This document shows, in pieces, positions 62,305 through 64,000 of a DNA stretch of 64,000 bases. Made by a program: the position numbers and the translations under genes. Location of the stretch: assembly GCF_964213995.1 (NCBI RefSeq), contig NC_135823.1, forward strand, positions 44,640,001-44,704,000, in the 5' to 3' direction. The stretch is from Mustelus asterias. Lineage: Eukaryota. How positions within the stretch are numbered: the first letter of the stretch is position 1; each line of letters starts with the position of its first letter. The notes below the pieces were generated by a model. It was given only the letters and a program-made list of their open reading frames with translations. It was not told where the DNA came from and did no database searches.

Positions 62305-63114
62305 GTAATGTAAAACAGAGATAACCAGCTGTGTATTTTTGCATAATGTTTGCTACAATTATCTTACATGAACTGCATTGCACCATTTTCTCCGATGGAT
62401 TTGTAATTGAGGAATGTGTTATGGAGAACAAATTCATCCAATAATTAAGGCTAATTCACATCAAGGCAAATAAATGCTGCAAAATGTGATATTAAAATTT
62501 TACATGCCACTCTTGTATTTACAAAAATGATACATTTAACAATTGGTGCAACATTTAGTACCAAGATAAATTAATACTAAAAAGCTATATGTATGTTACA
62601 AAACAAGTAATTTGTTTAGTTGTGGTTTTAGTTGTGGTCCAGTCTTAAGTATTCTGTTATAGCTACAAATTGATCAGTATTCGGACCTAAAATGTGCGTT
62701 GTCATTCTGCTGTGTGTGTGCAGACTATTCAGTATTTCCTGTTTGCACATTTTTTTTACGCGATCTATAAAGTTCTGTGGTTTGAATTAAGGAACTGCAA
62801 TTAAGGAGCAGAAGTTTTAAGTTGGTTTCACAAAATTGTTTAGCAATTTGACGGAATGTAGGAACTTGCAGAACTCAAGACCATTGTGATCAATCTAGTA
62901 GGTCTGCACTGTTTCTTATAATGTGTGTGCAAAGAACTGCACATAACTTGGTGGAGTTGTGAATGTTACAAAGTGCAAAGTAAAAACAGGAAATGGAAAT
63001 AGCCTAACTTGTACATGTTTCTATTTCTGAAAATTTCTTTCTTATACAATTTTGGATCATTGTTGCTAGCTCATTGGGAATAATCAAGATCTACCCTCTT
63101 GGCAAACCATGATT

Positions 63115-63345
63115 ATAGAGTCATAGAGATATACAGCATGGAAACAGGCCCTTCAACCCAACTCGTCCATGCTGACCAGGTTTCCTAAACTAATTCCATT
63201 TGCCTACGTTTGGCCCATATCCCTCTAAACCTTTCCTGTCCATGTACCTGTCCAAATCTCTTTTAAATGTTGTAATTGTACCTGCCTCCACCATCTCCTC
63301 TGGCAGCTCATTCCATATCGCACTACCCTCTGTGTGAAGAAGTTG
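63115..63345 (-). mobile_element. CR1 3' end
   Basis: WNELPEEMVEAGTITTFKRDLDRYMDRKGLEGYGPN. Confidence 0.88.
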
Positions 63346-64000
63346 ACCCTCAGGGCGTTTTATCCTGCTGTTCACTATCCAGGGCTAAAATAGTGCTCTT
63401 CCCCTTCCCACTTCCTCAATCCCACCTAAACACCACTTCTATTCTTCAACCCCTTGTCCATTGTATAGTCTAGAATGTTAAAACACACCAGTACAAGGTC
63501 TGCCGAACATTGTCGTCACAGCCTGCTTCTACCCCACAATCTTCATCGTCTGCCAGTGAAGTTTTCTACCTGATTTATCTTATTTGCGTGAATGGGTAAT
63601 TTAATGCACTTACTGATATTACAAAAATAACATCACTTCGTGGATTTATTTTATCCAGAACTTTATTTCACAGCAAAGTTCTTTCCAGGCTGCAGAAATG
63701 CCCGTGGACTTACTGGTGTGCTATTTCTGGATTTTGATGTTGGATTCCTGAAAATCTGAGATTGCTCAAGCATCAGCCTAAATTTGTGACTTCTGATAAC
63801 ATGAGAATTATTTTTCTCACTTCCTCTTCCATTCAGTCTACATGTTTGCTGAATGAATACCTTACTGATAATTGACAAGTAACATTGGGCAATGACCATC
63901 TCCAACAAGAATGTATCGATCTCTTTGACTTTCAATGGCATTACCATCATAAAATCCACAATATTCAACATCCTATGCATCACCAATGACCAGAATCTTA

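Noticed and set aside
62305-64000. CLCN7 exon 9 (EGPMIH)
   Set aside because: Not found by reading; presumably lies beyond the window

Overview
Repeat-rich vertebrate genomic DNA, most likely a shark or ray, inferred from abundant HE1-type V-SINEs, HER1/CR1 LINEs and SacSINE1-like DeuSINEs. Two spliced + strand genes can be rebuilt by hand. One is a complete three-exon PTX4 (11752-19999, 455 aa). The other is CLCN7 exons 1-8 (32407-62304), which continues past the window and has a U12-type intron 5. A CpG-rich minus-strand promoter near 5.7 kb may be the head-to-head neighbour, TELO2 by recalled mammalian synteny (inferred only). The rest is transposon-derived: a young 5'-truncated CR1 with an intact 1001-aa ORF2, many CR1 3' ends, V-SINEs with two different tails, Rex-Babar fragments, minisatellites, and short Penelope-like insertions with target-site duplications (TSDs) and minimal hammerhead ribozyme motifs. 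The best candidates for something undescribed are the hammerhead-bearing mini-elements in host introns, a SINE tail that appears borrowed from Rex-Babar, a head-to-head SINE palindrome, and a 39-bp insertion in the CLCN7 promoter. Most short ORFs in the track are spurious or repeat-derived. Family names come from recognition of the sequence; no database search was run, and repeat boundaries are approximate.
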